From the IMG/VR virus record IMGVR_UViG_3300036715_000626, positions 1-64,000 of that record: a DNA stretch of 64,000 nucleotides; one strand, given 5' to 3'. The notes beneath the pieces were generated by a model. That model worked only from the letters and a program-made list of their open reading frames with translations, was not told the origin of the DNA and did no database searches. Shown here one piece after another: positions 1 to 9,959 of this stretch. Positions within the stretch are counted from its first letter, which is position 1. Each line of letters opens with the position of its first letter. The translations under genes were made by a program, and so were the position numbers.

Positions 1-1538
1 ATTGCTTTTTCCAGTTGTGTTTCTGAGTCTGTGTTCCATATATTATGGTACATAAGCCGGATGGATTTAGCTTGCGCTAAACCACTAAACTCTTTAAAAA
101 TCGCATGTTTACACATACCATGATCAAGATCAGGTGAGTAATATAGTATATCGTTAAACAGTTTAACAAATCTGTCTTTAGCTATGTACATAGCTATTAC
201 CTCTTTGATAACCGTTTCTTCATTATGGATAACCTGCGGGTTAGGGACATACGGTTTTTGCTCTTGAGCTTTTTCAACACGTTGATGCGCTACAAGCATT
301 TGTAATCTTAGATGTAATTTTCGTATTGCTTCTTCTGTATGCATAGCAAGACTGGCATTATTTCTATACATTCCTAGCTGCATATTTAGATTTTTCAAAT
401 CGTTATTTACATTAGCGATTTCTATCGATATATCTGTAGACCCGTCAGATTGACGCGGTGACGTGCTAAAATAATCTTGTGGTGTGTATGGATGATATGT
501 GTATTGTGTCGTTTGCGGTGGGTATGGCGGCATACCATTGTAGTTACCAAAGTTTGGACCGGTATGATGTGGTTGTTGATACATTTGTTGCACCTCTTTT
601 TCATTATTTATATTTTGAAGATCGTTTAGCTCTTCCTGAGCTGGCCCTGTGTATTTATCTACCAGATAGTCTAGAAAATCTATACTATCTACATCATCAC
701 GATTGATATACAAGTGTGGATCCGATCGCACGCTCCTTACTATTTTGGTAACATAACCATCTTTGTAACCCATAAACCGATCACCAGTTAGACTACGGTC
801 AACAACGATTCCAGTGAAGTTATCTTCTTTAACACTGATTGAGTCAATCATACTAACTTGTATATCAAGTTTCGGCACTATATTATGAATTTCGGAAAAG
901 AACTCATTATATATTTCATATGCCGGGTATGGAGTAGGAGTTGGTAGAACTAGCACTACTAGTTTTTTACTAGACAGATTCCGTCTGTCAGATAATACAT
1001 GTTCAGAATCACCTGCTTCGGTAATAGAAAACGGTTCTGGTTCTGTATTTATACCGCCTATGTTATCCGTATCGTTTAATTCCGGAGTAGTATCTCCCGT
1101 ATATACTGTTTTAGACGACAGACGTTCAAAATACTCCTCGATAACTTTTAATAAAACACGGCTATCGCTGTGGTCTTCATTTTCACTTGTATACTTATGT
1201 TTACCACGACAATCATAACGTTGTGTACCATACACACCATCATTGAGTTCAATGTACTCAATTTCTTTATTATCAAGTAAGTTTTCTGGAGTATTACCGG
1301 ATAAAATCACCGATCCCTTACAAAACTTGACAATCAACCCATTAAAGGTTTCTTTTTGTTCCCGTGAAAGTATCAAATTCTTACAACGGATATCTGGTTT
1401 TACAAATGATAGCTTGTATCCGTCAATAGCGGCGATATGTGTTAAATAGCCATATGCCGCTTTTAAAAATGCCGTATAATCCGTAAGTGACCCATATGAC
1501 ACCGCTTTACTTAATACGATTACCTGTACTTCTTTCAT
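1..1538 (-). CDS. Hypothetical protein, 3'-truncated by window edge (>512 aa; MKEVQVIVLSK...)
   Basis: Manual translation: AAGGAG RBS then ATG at 1538, frame stays open to position 1. Absent from the ORF track because no stop lies in the window. Contains a Q/P/Y-rich stretch (QQMYQQPHHTGPNFGNYNGMPPYPPQ). Confidence 0.8.
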   Translation of the reverse strand, partial: MKEVQVIVLSKAVSYGSLTDYTAFLKAAYGYLTHIAAIDGYKLSFVKPDIRCKNLILSREQKETFNGLIVKFCKGSVILSGNTPENLLDNKEIEYIELNDGVYGTQRYDCRGKHKYTSENEDHSDSRVLLKVIEEYFERLSSKTVYTGDTTPELNDTDNIGGINTEPEPFSITEAGDSEHVLSDRRNLSSKKLVVLVLPTPTPYPAYEIYNEFFSEIHNIVPKLDIQVSMIDSISVKEDNFTGIVVDRSLTGDRFMGYKDGYVTKIVRSVRSDPHLYINRDDVDSIDFLDYLVDKYTGPAQEELNDLQNINNEKEVQQMYQQPHHTGPNFGNYNGMPPYPPQTTQYTYHPYTPQDYFSTSPRQSDGSTDISIEIANVNNDLKNLNMQLGMYRNNASLAMHTEEAIRKLHLRLQMLVAHQRVEKAQEQKPYVPNPQVIHNEETVIKEVIAMYIAKDRFVKLFNDILYYSPDLDHGMCKHAIFKEFSGLAQAKSIRLMYHNIWNTDSETQLEKA

Positions 1539-1562
1539 ATTGACTCCTTAGTCTTAGTATGG

Positions 1563-2015
1563 TTACTTAATTTTATTTGCTAGACGTTTATCGAGTTGCT
1601 CATTCGTTTCTGGATAAAAATGTAAGACGCTAACACCTTTATTGTAAAACTCATTCCAGAACATACGAATACTGCCTACAGGATGTTTATATCCGACTAT
1701 CTCTGCAGCTTCTAACATATGCATATGAAAATGCAACGGCAATTCGTCGAAATGCTCAAAGTAACTTTTGATAACTTTATCCGAAGATCTTGTTACTGAT
1801 ACAGGCCCCATAAATGAGCCACCGCCAGCTTCGTACATATCGTTAATCGGATTACCTGTAAACGCTGACAATAATACGCATCTACGATACCAACGTATCG
1901 TCTCTCGTACTGAATGATTCTTACCCAAACCATCCGGACCACGGATAGCCGATAGTAATACCGTTTGTTGCATAAAGGGTAACTCCGTAACCCATTGTTG
2001 TAATACACTCTTCAT
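1563..2015 (-). CDS. Phage hypothetical protein (LLSAIRGPDG motif, His-rich LHFHMH)
   Basis: 150-aa ORF with AAGGAA RBS, co-oriented with neighbours. Confidence 0.75.
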   Translation of the reverse strand: MKSVLQQWVTELPFMQQTVLLSAIRGPDGLGKNHSVRETIRWYRRCVLLSAFTGNPINDMYEAGGGSFMGPVSVTRSSDKVIKSYFEHFDELPLHFHMHMLEAAEIVGYKHPVGSIRMFWNEFYNKGVSVLHFYPETNEQLDKRLANKIK

Positions 2016-2024
2016 TATGTTCCT

Positions 2025-2762
2025 TTAACTTATAATAGACATATCAAATGTCTGTGAGACTATTTCGTAATAGTATCGATCTGGATGATCTCCGACTGAC
2101 TCTCCGATTAATTTAGACTTAAATAACCGATAACCGACATCATTAGCAGTATCTTCACTAAGTGGTCTGAAATCTTCACGGGTTGTGCAGATAGTTCTTT
2201 CGTTAATGGTTTCGCGTGGAGCCATACTTCTTACTTTAACCTTCACTCCGTTAATTTTTACTTTAAATGGTTCATCTTGCATAACATCAGTCCTTTCTTT
2301 TGCGGTAGGTACTTTACTTGCTTCATACCCATCTACTAACGGGATCAATCTATTTAGAAACATTAACGTAGGAAATCCTAAATTAGAATCTTTATAAATT
2401 TCTTCCAACTCAGCGATATCTCTTTGAGATATCTCGAATACTTCTAGTTCTGGAACTTTTTTAAGAAGTCCTGCTAAAAACTTAGCAGGGTCAATATGGT
2501 TAAACTTACCCGTACCTTCTAAAGACATAGTGTCGTGAACGCTTGCGAGTATATTACCACCATCTTTAACCAATTGAACGTATTCGTTAAAGGTTATGTT
2601 TGGATTGTGCTTACCATTAATAGCAAGCCATTTTTTAACCTGTCCAATTATCTTTTTACGGGTTCTACTGCCTACAGTATCTTTAGGTATACCAAAGAAT
2701 AATGTAAATATTAGTGCACCGTATATGATTAACTTTTCGTTATTCATTGTTCTCTCTTTCAT
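2025..2762 (-). CDS. Hypothetical protein with N-terminal hydrophobic segment
   Basis: 245-aa ORF; LIIYGALIFTLFFGI near the N-terminus. Confidence 0.7.
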   Translation of the reverse strand: MKERTMNNEKLIIYGALIFTLFFGIPKDTVGSRTRKKIIGQVKKWLAINGKHNPNITFNEYVQLVKDGGNILASVHDTMSLEGTGKFNHIDPAKFLAGLLKKVPELEVFEISQRDIAELEEIYKDSNLGFPTLMFLNRLIPLVDGYEASKVPTAKERTDVMQDEPFKVKINGVKVKVRSMAPRETINERTICTTREDFRPLSEDTANDVGYRLFKSKLIGESVGDHPDRYYYEIVSQTFDMSIIS

Positions 2763-2800
2763 AAGGTTTTCCGATGATTCATTTCGGACAATTAAATGTT

Positions 2801-2830
2801 ACTACTAGCTATGATAACATAGCTAGTAGT
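2801..2830. terminator. Intergenic hairpin, 13-bp stem
   Basis: ACTACTAGCTATG-ATAA-CATAGCTAGTAGT directly after the RNAP beta stop. Confidence 0.7.
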
Positions 2831-2831
2831 G

Positions 2832-5015
2832 TTAATGTTTTACAGGGTGAATCTTATCTTTATCATGCACATAGTCAATTTGAATACCAGATGCTTTAAA
2901 GATATTATCAACAATCTCAAGTGAACTATCATTCCCATACGGACACACCGATCTGTCAACAACTCTCTCTATGTTAGTAGGATGAGCTGCCGTTAAAACA
3001 TTGTGATAGATGTGTCTGTGTGTTTTAATAGAGTTACCTCTATCCTTAAGCTCGATCAGAGCTAACCGTGATGCATACGATACATATAATCGTGTTTCTG
3101 TTTCACTAAGTATTTTAACAGGGTTATTTCTAAACGGCATAAGATTACGCGCTTTGTTACTAACCCCAATTGGTAACCCGTAGTGATTGGTTTTAGCCGA
3201 CGACGTTGACAAATAGTTATCTGCTGTTTTAGCCAACAATATAAAATACATAGGAGCGATAAACATAGCATCCTTAGTAAGTTTAATACCATCTTCAGCG
3301 ATGTAAAGTAAACTACCCATCTCAGGTTCGTAGATAGTGCCTAACGAGTCTTTTACGATCTGATAAGGTTTCTTTTTACTACTTACCTTATAATAAAGAT
3401 AAAGCTCGTTATCGATAATGTCTTTTAATAAGTAGCGCATTGACTCTTGGTTATTAAGACATGCTTTGTAGGTATCATACTGTTCAGTTCCAATGATCTC
3501 TAATAACCCCAATACCAAATTAAAGCCAGTTAGAATATTTTCATCACTGTAAGCTTCGATTGGAGATATAGTACTACCATTGTGTCCATTTCTGATGAAA
3601 TGCTCGATAACCATTTTCTTAGTGTAACGTGACATTGAATTGAAGTATTGCTCATACAGACGTGCTACGTTCATACGAGAGGGGATCGAACTCGGATCCA
3701 TTATAATATCGGCTCGGTTACCCCATTGATCTACTGGCATCTGGTCGTTATCACGAACTTCAATAACAACACCTTTTGAACCTGATAAGTCAGTGATCTT
3801 AGCACCAGGTCCGATGGTTATAGTATATCTTATGGTAAATTCCAATCGTAAAATATCAAGTTGTTCGTTACGAAACGTATAACGAATTTTGTTATCATCA
3901 GGATTCACAACAGCATATGCATCCATTAGTAATCTATGGAACTTCTCACTTACGGCTAGATCGTTATTGTGATAACGACGGTAGTGATCTTTCTGTAGAT
4001 TTTCATAGGTCTCGATGATTGTTGCGTAGTAACGCTTTAATCCGTTAACGTACTTCATTACCGCATCAGAAGTGTTGGTATACACTTCTTTCTTAAAACG
4101 TGGACTGTGATATGCTTTAATATCAGTAACTACACCCGACTTAACCACATAACCATTTTCTAAAACATCCTTACCAGGTCCTTTTACATAAACTGCTTTA
4201 TCGAAAATTGGATTAAACTCTCTAACATCTTTACGAGATGTTAAAGCTGGTGATAGTTCTGGGTTATAATCGCGAAGAACCATAACTACCGAAGAATCAT
4301 TGATCTGCTCTCCGATTTCAGGAAACGGTTTATAAACAGTATCGTCTCCGTAGATGTTGAGCGGGAATGTATCAGATCCAAATTCGACAACTCTGGTTTC
4401 AAATAGTTCATAGGATAATCGTTCTGACATACTCTTACTGATAACAACGCCATCTTCAGATACTTCTGGAATAGTCATTAGCGCGATATTAGCGTTGATA
4501 CCAAACTTATATCCTTTATTCTTACCAACTGCAGGTGAGTCAGCAAGTATGGTACCAGCTTGAATAATGTCTCCATACATTAAGGAATCTAGTAACTCTG
4601 TATTCCATTTATATCTGAAACCAAAGTATTGATGTAGTGAAAAATGATATGGAACATCGATAATATCGATTTCCCCAGTAGCAATATCCTCCACTATAAT
4701 AAGTTGTGCAACTGTAGTTGTTACACTATTGGCTTCAACACCATCATATCTAGGTATGATTTTAAGTACGCGACAATCGTTTTCAGCTTTCTTAGAGAAC
4801 GTGTTATCTCCGAATTGATTATCGATACCAGTTTGAATAATGCGCTCTTCACCATTTTTCAATGTTAACGACTGTGACATATGCGATGATGACATATAAG
4901 AACGCGCTGAGCTATTGTTAGCTACGAATGGGTTAATACTGTGAATTGAAATAAGTTCTTCTCTAATTCGCAGATCGTCATCTACTGGGAATACTTCTTC
5001 TGTTGAGTTTAACAT
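2832..5015 (-). CDS. Non-virion RNA polymerase beta subunit, C-terminal part (phiKZ gp71-73-like)
   Basis: Beta motifs NPFVANNSSAR..M...HMSQ, GINANIA, SEDG, GAKITDLSGSKGVV, ADIIMDPSSIPSRMN; syntenic with gp68/69/70-like genes. Confidence 0.92.
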   Translation of the reverse strand: MLNSTEEVFPVDDDLRIREELISIHSINPFVANNSSARSYMSSSHMSQSLTLKNGEERIIQTGIDNQFGDNTFSKKAENDCRVLKIIPRYDGVEANSVTTTVAQLIIVEDIATGEIDIIDVPYHFSLHQYFGFRYKWNTELLDSLMYGDIIQAGTILADSPAVGKNKGYKFGINANIALMTIPEVSEDGVVISKSMSERLSYELFETRVVEFGSDTFPLNIYGDDTVYKPFPEIGEQINDSSVVMVLRDYNPELSPALTSRKDVREFNPIFDKAVYVKGPGKDVLENGYVVKSGVVTDIKAYHSPRFKKEVYTNTSDAVMKYVNGLKRYYATIIETYENLQKDHYRRYHNNDLAVSEKFHRLLMDAYAVVNPDDNKIRYTFRNEQLDILRLEFTIRYTITIGPGAKITDLSGSKGVVIEVRDNDQMPVDQWGNRADIIMDPSSIPSRMNVARLYEQYFNSMSRYTKKMVIEHFIRNGHNGSTISPIEAYSDENILTGFNLVLGLLEIIGTEQYDTYKACLNNQESMRYLLKDIIDNELYLYYKVSSKKKPYQIVKDSLGTIYEPEMGSLLYIAEDGIKLTKDAMFIAPMYFILLAKTADNYLSTSSAKTNHYGLPIGVSNKARNLMPFRNNPVKILSETETRLYVSYASRLALIELKDRGNSIKTHRHIYHNVLTAAHPTNIERVVDRSVCPYGNDSSLEIVDNIFKASGIQIDYVHDKDKIHPVKH

Positions 5016-5051
5016 GTTACCTCTTTTCTCTTTGATTTGTTATTACTATTT

Positions 5052-5066
5052 TAATAATATGTGGTT
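5052..5066 (-). promoter_or_regulatory. Putative early promoter (AACCACATATTATTA)
   Basis: Motif recurs upstream of several genes (11627, 13416, 21464, 53345, 62808); resembles the phiKZ early TATATTAC element. Confidence 0.55.
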
Positions 5067-5082
5067 AAACCCAGTTAGAATA

Positions 5083-5724
5083 TTAGTAACACATATCGAT
5101 AGATGATTTAATCTGTTCTAAATCTCTATCTGCTAACATATGGTTAAGGGAATATAAATCGTACTTACGGTTAAGTAACTTAAACAAATAAACTAAATAC
5201 TCGATAACATTTGGTTGTAGATTTTTAAGTGTTTTACAATAGATAACTTCACCTTTACGATCGGTTACCTCAGTATTACAAATATCTTCTACAATATATA
5301 CTCTAACGGTATCAGTTTCTAAACCATCGATACCAGTATCTAAGTAATAGGTAAACACATTGGTTTCCAGATTTGTTAATAATATGATCGTATTAATATA
5401 CCCATATATAAACGAATAATAGTTAACATTACCTTCTAATATCTTTTGTATGTTTGTATCTTCGATAGGTATCACAGTTAGTAATTCTGGATTAACATAT
5501 GAATTATCGAATAACTTATCAAAATTTTTACATAACATATGTTGTGGTGTTACACCCTTATTCATATCCATATTAAATATAGTTAGTTTAGTATCTAAGT
5601 ACTCGGGATCATCTTTCATTAGCCCGAATAATTTAATAGGTATATAGTGTACCGTAGAAATACCTGTAGTATAATCTAACTGTAATGGCTCGATATTTTT
5701 TGATCTTTTAGCACTCATATTCAT
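5083..5724 (-). CDS. Hypothetical protein
   Basis: 213-aa ORF with AAGGT RBS. Confidence 0.7.
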   Translation of the reverse strand: MNMSAKRSKNIEPLQLDYTTGISTVHYIPIKLFGLMKDDPEYLDTKLTIFNMDMNKGVTPQHMLCKNFDKLFDNSYVNPELLTVIPIEDTNIQKILEGNVNYYSFIYGYINTIILLTNLETNVFTYYLDTGIDGLETDTVRVYIVEDICNTEVTDRKGEVIYCKTLKNLQPNVIEYLVYLFKLLNRKYDLYSLNHMLADRDLEQIKSSIDMCY

Positions 5725-5807
5725 ACCTTTATACTATTAATGTTCTATACAAATCTGTTAGTTAAAAATATTATATAGTTGTTAATTGAACAACACAAGG
5801 AGATCAT

Positions 5808-6755
5808 GTGAGTACTAATATTTTAAAGAGAAGAGCCGCTCTTCTTTCGGTAATGTCAAATATGTTACTGGTAGTCGGTAAGATAACTATCGGTTTAGTA
5901 ATTGGGTCGGTGGGCGTATTGTCAGAAGGTATACATTCGTCTATCGATTTGATTGCGGCAGTCATAGCATTCTTTGCTATTAAACAAGCCAGTGTTCCAG
6001 CAGATAGTAATCATCGGTATGGACATGGTAAGATTGAAAACATATCTGGTGTCGTAGAAGGATTACTAATATTCGGTGCAGGGGTTTGGATTATTTACGA
6101 ATCTATCTCTAAATTTGTCCACCCCGGTAAAGTAGAATTTATTGGTTGGGGTATTGCAATTATGTCTGTGTCTTCTTTGGTAAATTTGTTTGTATCAAGA
6201 TACTTATATAAAATAGGTAACGAAACAGACTCTATCGCTTTAAAAGCAGATGCAGCTCATTTGAAAACGGATATCATTACTTCAGTAGGTGTAGCTATTG
6301 GGTTAGTAGGTGTGTACTTAACTGGTTACCAATGGATTGACCCGTTAGCAGCTATTATCGTAGCATGTATTATTATTTATACTTCTTATGAAATTATACA
6401 TGAAGCTATTGCTCCGCTATTGGATAGCAGCTTAGATAGTGCTACTGAAAATAAAATACTTAAAGTTATTGAGGAATTTAAAGGAGATTACTTATTTCAC
6501 CACAATCTTCGTACTAGAAAGTCTGGTAGTACTAAGTATATTGATTTTAGAATAACTCTTTGTAAGCATATGACTATGATTTACGTAGACCGGCTTACCT
6601 ACGCTATGACGTATAAACTACGTTTACATTACAATAATATAGATGCGTTAATACTTCCTGAAGCATGTAATAACGAATGTAATGGTTGTGACCGTGCATG
6701 TAAAGCCACCAAAGTAGAGGTAACTAACAATGACACCCTATGTGCAAACAAATAA
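5808..6755 (+). CDS. Cation diffusion facilitator (FieF/YiiP-like) divalent metal transporter
   Basis: Six hydrophobic helices; SEGIHSSID, PAD.NHRYGHGKIE, S.ALKADAAHLKTD, WIDPLAA, LRTRKSG; AAGGAG RBS. Confidence 0.95.
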   Translation: MSTNILKRRAALLSVMSNMLLVVGKITIGLVIGSVGVLSEGIHSSIDLIAAVIAFFAIKQASVPADSNHRYGHGKIENISGVVEGLLIFGAGVWIIYESISKFVHPGKVEFIGWGIAIMSVSSLVNLFVSRYLYKIGNETDSIALKADAAHLKTDIITSVGVAIGLVGVYLTGYQWIDPLAAIIVACIIIYTSYEIIHEAIAPLLDSSLDSATENKILKVIEEFKGDYLFHHNLRTRKSGSTKYIDFRITLCKHMTMIYVDRLTYAMTYKLRLHYNNIDALILPEACNNECNGCDRACKATKVEVTNNDTLCANK

Positions 6756-7071
6756 TCTATCTAGAACTATAAACACTGGATTTACATTAACCAGTGAAAT
6801 AGTTACTTACTGGGAAAGTATGATAGATGTTTTAAAAGCTAAGCATACTAACGGAACAAAAGAAATAACCCCAGTAATGGCTGAGAAGTACCAATTTGAT
6901 ATGTATGGATTATTCTTAGAATTAGGAATACCTCAATCTCATATCTACCCGCATATACGGGTAAATGGTTATGCTTCTAGTAACGATTACTACGGAGAGA
7001 AGTTACGAATACTGATTCTTGATCCATACATTCTGGAACAATACATATCTCTTTTTCTACAAAAAAAATAA
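6730..7071 (+). CDS. Conserved phiKZ-like small hypothetical protein
   Basis: AEKYQFDMYGLF..LGIP...YPHIRVNGY.SS.DY.G pattern recalled from phiKZ-like core genes near nvRNAP. Confidence 0.7.
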   Translation: MTPYVQTNNLSRTINTGFTLTSEIVTYWESMIDVLKAKHTNGTKEITPVMAEKYQFDMYGLFLELGIPQSHIYPHIRVNGYASSNDYYGEKLRILILDPYILEQYISLFLQKK

Positions 7072-7072
7072 T

Positions 7073-7104
7073 ACATACAGATACGCAGTTGCGTATCTGT
7101 ATGT
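7073..7104. terminator. Bidirectional hairpin between convergent genes
   Basis: ACATACAGATACGC-AGTT-GCGTATCTGTATGT. Confidence 0.75.
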
Positions 7105-7110
7105 TATTTA

Positions 7111-8508
7111 TCATCGATAACCATATCCGTTAGGGTTAATTGGTTGCATTTGCATCGGTTGAGGATAAACCGGTTGTTGATACATTTGTTGTGGATAGAT
7201 CGGTTGCTGTGGTTGTTGATACATATAGTTATTAGGTTGGCTGTTCACCATAGAACTAATACCTAGATTAACTGGTTGCTGATAGTTATTAACCATCATG
7301 TTTGGATTAGCATTATACTGCCCCATTTCATTCTTAGTAATAACATGTTGAACAGGAACACCGCCAAAACTACCATTACCATACAAGATCTTTTTAATAG
7401 GATCTTCGTCAAACTGCTGTTGTACTGGTTGGTACATCGTAGGTTGTACTGGTTGTTGGTATACCGGTTGTTGTACTGGTTGTTGATACAGTGTATTATC
7501 CTGTTGCTGAACTACTGGTAAATGACCAACACTTCTAGTCATAACACTATTGATGTCAGCTAACGGAATCTTCTTAGCCGCTTTTTGTCGCGTTAAATCG
7601 ATTTCATTAGGAATTGTTAACAGTTCCGATTTATAGACACCTAAGTTATTAAGTTCTTGATCGGTAACCGTAATATCGATAAACCCTGTGTCTGAGTATT
7701 CTTTATTAACGTAGTCCAGCTGTTTGATAACGCTCATTATTTTAGCAGCGGTATCTTTGTACAGTGTGAATAGTGATAAGAATCCTGGAGATTCTGAATC
7801 ATTAGAACCGTATGAGATAGTGCCATTTTCAATACCCGGAATGAGATATTCCAGCATGAGTTTGAAGATAGTAATATCTTTGTTACGAAGTTTAACTCCG
7901 TAGATAGGAGTTTCGTTATCAACCGTTAACAACTCATCGTATAGATTACACGCCATAGTAGCTAATCGATTATACTTAACACCATCTTTTACACCTGATT
8001 TTTTAAGGAAGATAGTTACAAATCCCTTATCAGATTTTAACGATGCTGCAAACATATTCTGCCAAAGCTCGATAGATCGATCATCTACAAACTTTTTGAT
8101 ACCAGGATTAGCTGCTTTGTTAAGAGACGCCAAGAATTCATTAATCTCGATCGATGTTTTCTTTTGGAGTTCTTTATTCGAAGCTAACGATAGTAGCAAG
8201 GCACCAGCTGACAATAGTGCATAACTCAAACGCACTTCAGCAACTGTTTTAGTACGTTTAAGACTGAGTGTATCGCCTTTGATAACATTCTCGTTCAAAG
8301 GATTGTATGGAATCTTGGTGATGATCAACTCGCCGTCATCATCTTTACTAAAAATAGTATTGATGTGATCATGTGTAGGTAGAACAAGCGGTTTACCATC
8401 CTCAGTAACCAAAATACCTGTAGGTTCCCCGGATGTTTTGATAAAATTATCTTCGGTAACAAAAAGCCCTAAACTAGCTAGAACCTTTTTATAGAATTCG
8501 TTTAACAT
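7111..8508 (-). CDS. phiKZ gp70-like core protein with Gln/Pro/Tyr-rich C-terminal tail
   Basis: FYKKVLASLGL, GKPLVLPT, YNPLNEN, YGSNDSESPGF motifs; position between gp69-like and beta-C genes. Confidence 0.7.
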   Translation of the reverse strand: MLNEFYKKVLASLGLFVTEDNFIKTSGEPTGILVTEDGKPLVLPTHDHINTIFSKDDDGELIITKIPYNPLNENVIKGDTLSLKRTKTVAEVRLSYALLSAGALLLSLASNKELQKKTSIEINEFLASLNKAANPGIKKFVDDRSIELWQNMFAASLKSDKGFVTIFLKKSGVKDGVKYNRLATMACNLYDELLTVDNETPIYGVKLRNKDITIFKLMLEYLIPGIENGTISYGSNDSESPGFLSLFTLYKDTAAKIMSVIKQLDYVNKEYSDTGFIDITVTDQELNNLGVYKSELLTIPNEIDLTRQKAAKKIPLADINSVMTRSVGHLPVVQQQDNTLYQQPVQQPVYQQPVQPTMYQPVQQQFDEDPIKKILYGNGSFGGVPVQHVITKNEMGQYNANPNMMVNNYQQPVNLGISSMVNSQPNNYMYQQPQQPIYPQQMYQQPVYPQPMQMQPINPNGYGYR

Positions 8509-8516
8509 TGTTTTCC

Positions 8517-9959
8517 TTAATAGTGAGGTGTCGTGGATTGATTATAGGTTGCTTCTATAATATTTGCAAAGTCGTTGATTATCCCATTCTTATTGAGGTT
8601 ATCAGTAATAACAGGTACATACAAACTATCTGCGAAGGTAGGGAACCGGAATGGAATCATTGTGTTATAATTAACACTTACCGCAATACTAGTATCACCC
8701 AGTACATTAGCCGAGATATGCACTTCTACTTGTAACATGTTACCCTTAGTGATCTCAGGTAGTAGAATATTTTTGATTCTTGATACTGCTTTATTTACGT
8801 AAGCTTGAATATCAATACCTTCGATAAATGATTTAGCATCAGTTACTACTACAAGAGGTTGTCCTGATGTATTAGACATCGATAATGACATTACCGATAA
8901 CAAACACTCTGACATAATACTCGTCATCGTTTGCGATACTGTTGTTGAAATCATCGTTTCGATAGTTGGCTGCATCATAGGTGCGGTATGTTCCGTATCT
9001 AAGATTGTAGAGAAATTCTGCAAACCGATATCGTTAACATTGTCAAACATGGTAGTGTGTGTACTGAGACCTGGGTCGAGTATCTTTAACGTTGCTAATG
9101 TAAATGATGTTGGTGTAAACATACCTGTTATCGCGTACAACGAATAGATAAACGGCATATGCATAAGCGATTGCTCACTAAGTGCATAACCAGCAGTTTC
9201 ACAAATACCTGCAGTATCTTCGATTCTACCAGCGTTAGATCGTGCTTCCAAGAATGAATTCAAGGTCTTCGTAAAATATGTCATAGGATCGTTATTCATA
9301 CGATCTGATGTATTACTTTTACCATTGATACTTCCGGTGGTGTTAACTACGTTAGTATTGTTATCCCCGTGGAGTTCCAACGTACCGATCGTTTCAATAA
9401 CATCTTTCGGTCGAATAAGTTTAAGATCGCCAATAGATTCAACTTCTTCATATCGATTACCTCCAGCAAGATCTGTTACCACATTAAACGTACTATGCGG
9501 CGTAACATGCCAGTAACCGAAAGCATCCATAGTTCGTACTACGTTAGTAATACTATTGATGTAGAACATCATATTAGGATCTACGAAACCGGATATACTT
9601 GGATCATGATATTCTGAAAACCCTTGTATATAACTAACCATGATAGATCCACCTTGACCACCAAATGCTGATTCAACTTCTAACAAAAACCGAAGTCTTT
9701 GAGTACCCCACCCATTAGGAATAGTTGCCATGCCTACTGGCGATGAGCTTATCCCAATAATGTCCGGCATTGTATTCGAAAAATCCCAGTTATTGATAGG
9801 TGTGTTTCTCATAGCACCGCGTGTGTCGAAGTATGCTTCCAATCTCGATAAATCGTTATGGGTTCCTCTGACACTAAATGGTCTTTGATATACATCTTGA
9901 TAACTATTACGTGTAGCTATCAAAAGTAACTTATTAATTTTTATACCTGAATTGTTCAT
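8517..9959 (-). CDS. phiKZ gp69-like protein (PicA/Imp1, phage-nucleus protein import factor)
   Basis: YQDVYQRPF, IPNGWGTQRLRFLLEVE, LIRPKDV, PTFADSLY.PV; lies immediately downstream of the gp68-like gene. Confidence 0.65.
   Translation of the reverse strand: MNNSGIKINKLLLIATRNSYQDVYQRPFSVRGTHNDLSRLEAYFDTRGAMRNTPINNWDFSNTMPDIIGISSSPVGMATIPNGWGTQRLRFLLEVESAFGGQGGSIMVSYIQGFSEYHDPSISGFVDPNMMFYINSITNVVRTMDAFGYWHVTPHSTFNVVTDLAGGNRYEEVESIGDLKLIRPKDVIETIGTLELHGDNNTNVVNTTGSINGKSNTSDRMNNDPMTYFTKTLNSFLEARSNAGRIEDTAGICETAGYALSEQSLMHMPFIYSLYAITGMFTPTSFTLATLKILDPGLSTHTTMFDNVNDIGLQNFSTILDTEHTAPMMQPTIETMISTTVSQTMTSIMSECLLSVMSLSMSNTSGQPLVVVTDAKSFIEGIDIQAYVNKAVSRIKNILLPEITKGNMLQVEVHISANVLGDTSIAVSVNYNTMIPFRFPTFADSLYVPVITDNLNKNGIINDFANIIEATYNQSTTPHY

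Noticed and set aside
422-1449. Short ORFs 422..604, 479..706 and 1243..1449, or stop-codon recoding to explain the apparent gap
   Set aside because: A single open minus-strand frame from 1538 to the edge covers the region. TAG and TGA end genes normally elsewhere, so the standard code fits.
2832-5015. Intron or intein in nvRNAP beta-C (split in phiKZ)
   Set aside because: The ORF is continuous and of the expected length.
7061-7068. A8 run as a frameshift or phase-variation site
   Set aside because: It sits at the last codons of the gene, followed by a stop and hairpin, with no downstream frame to enter.
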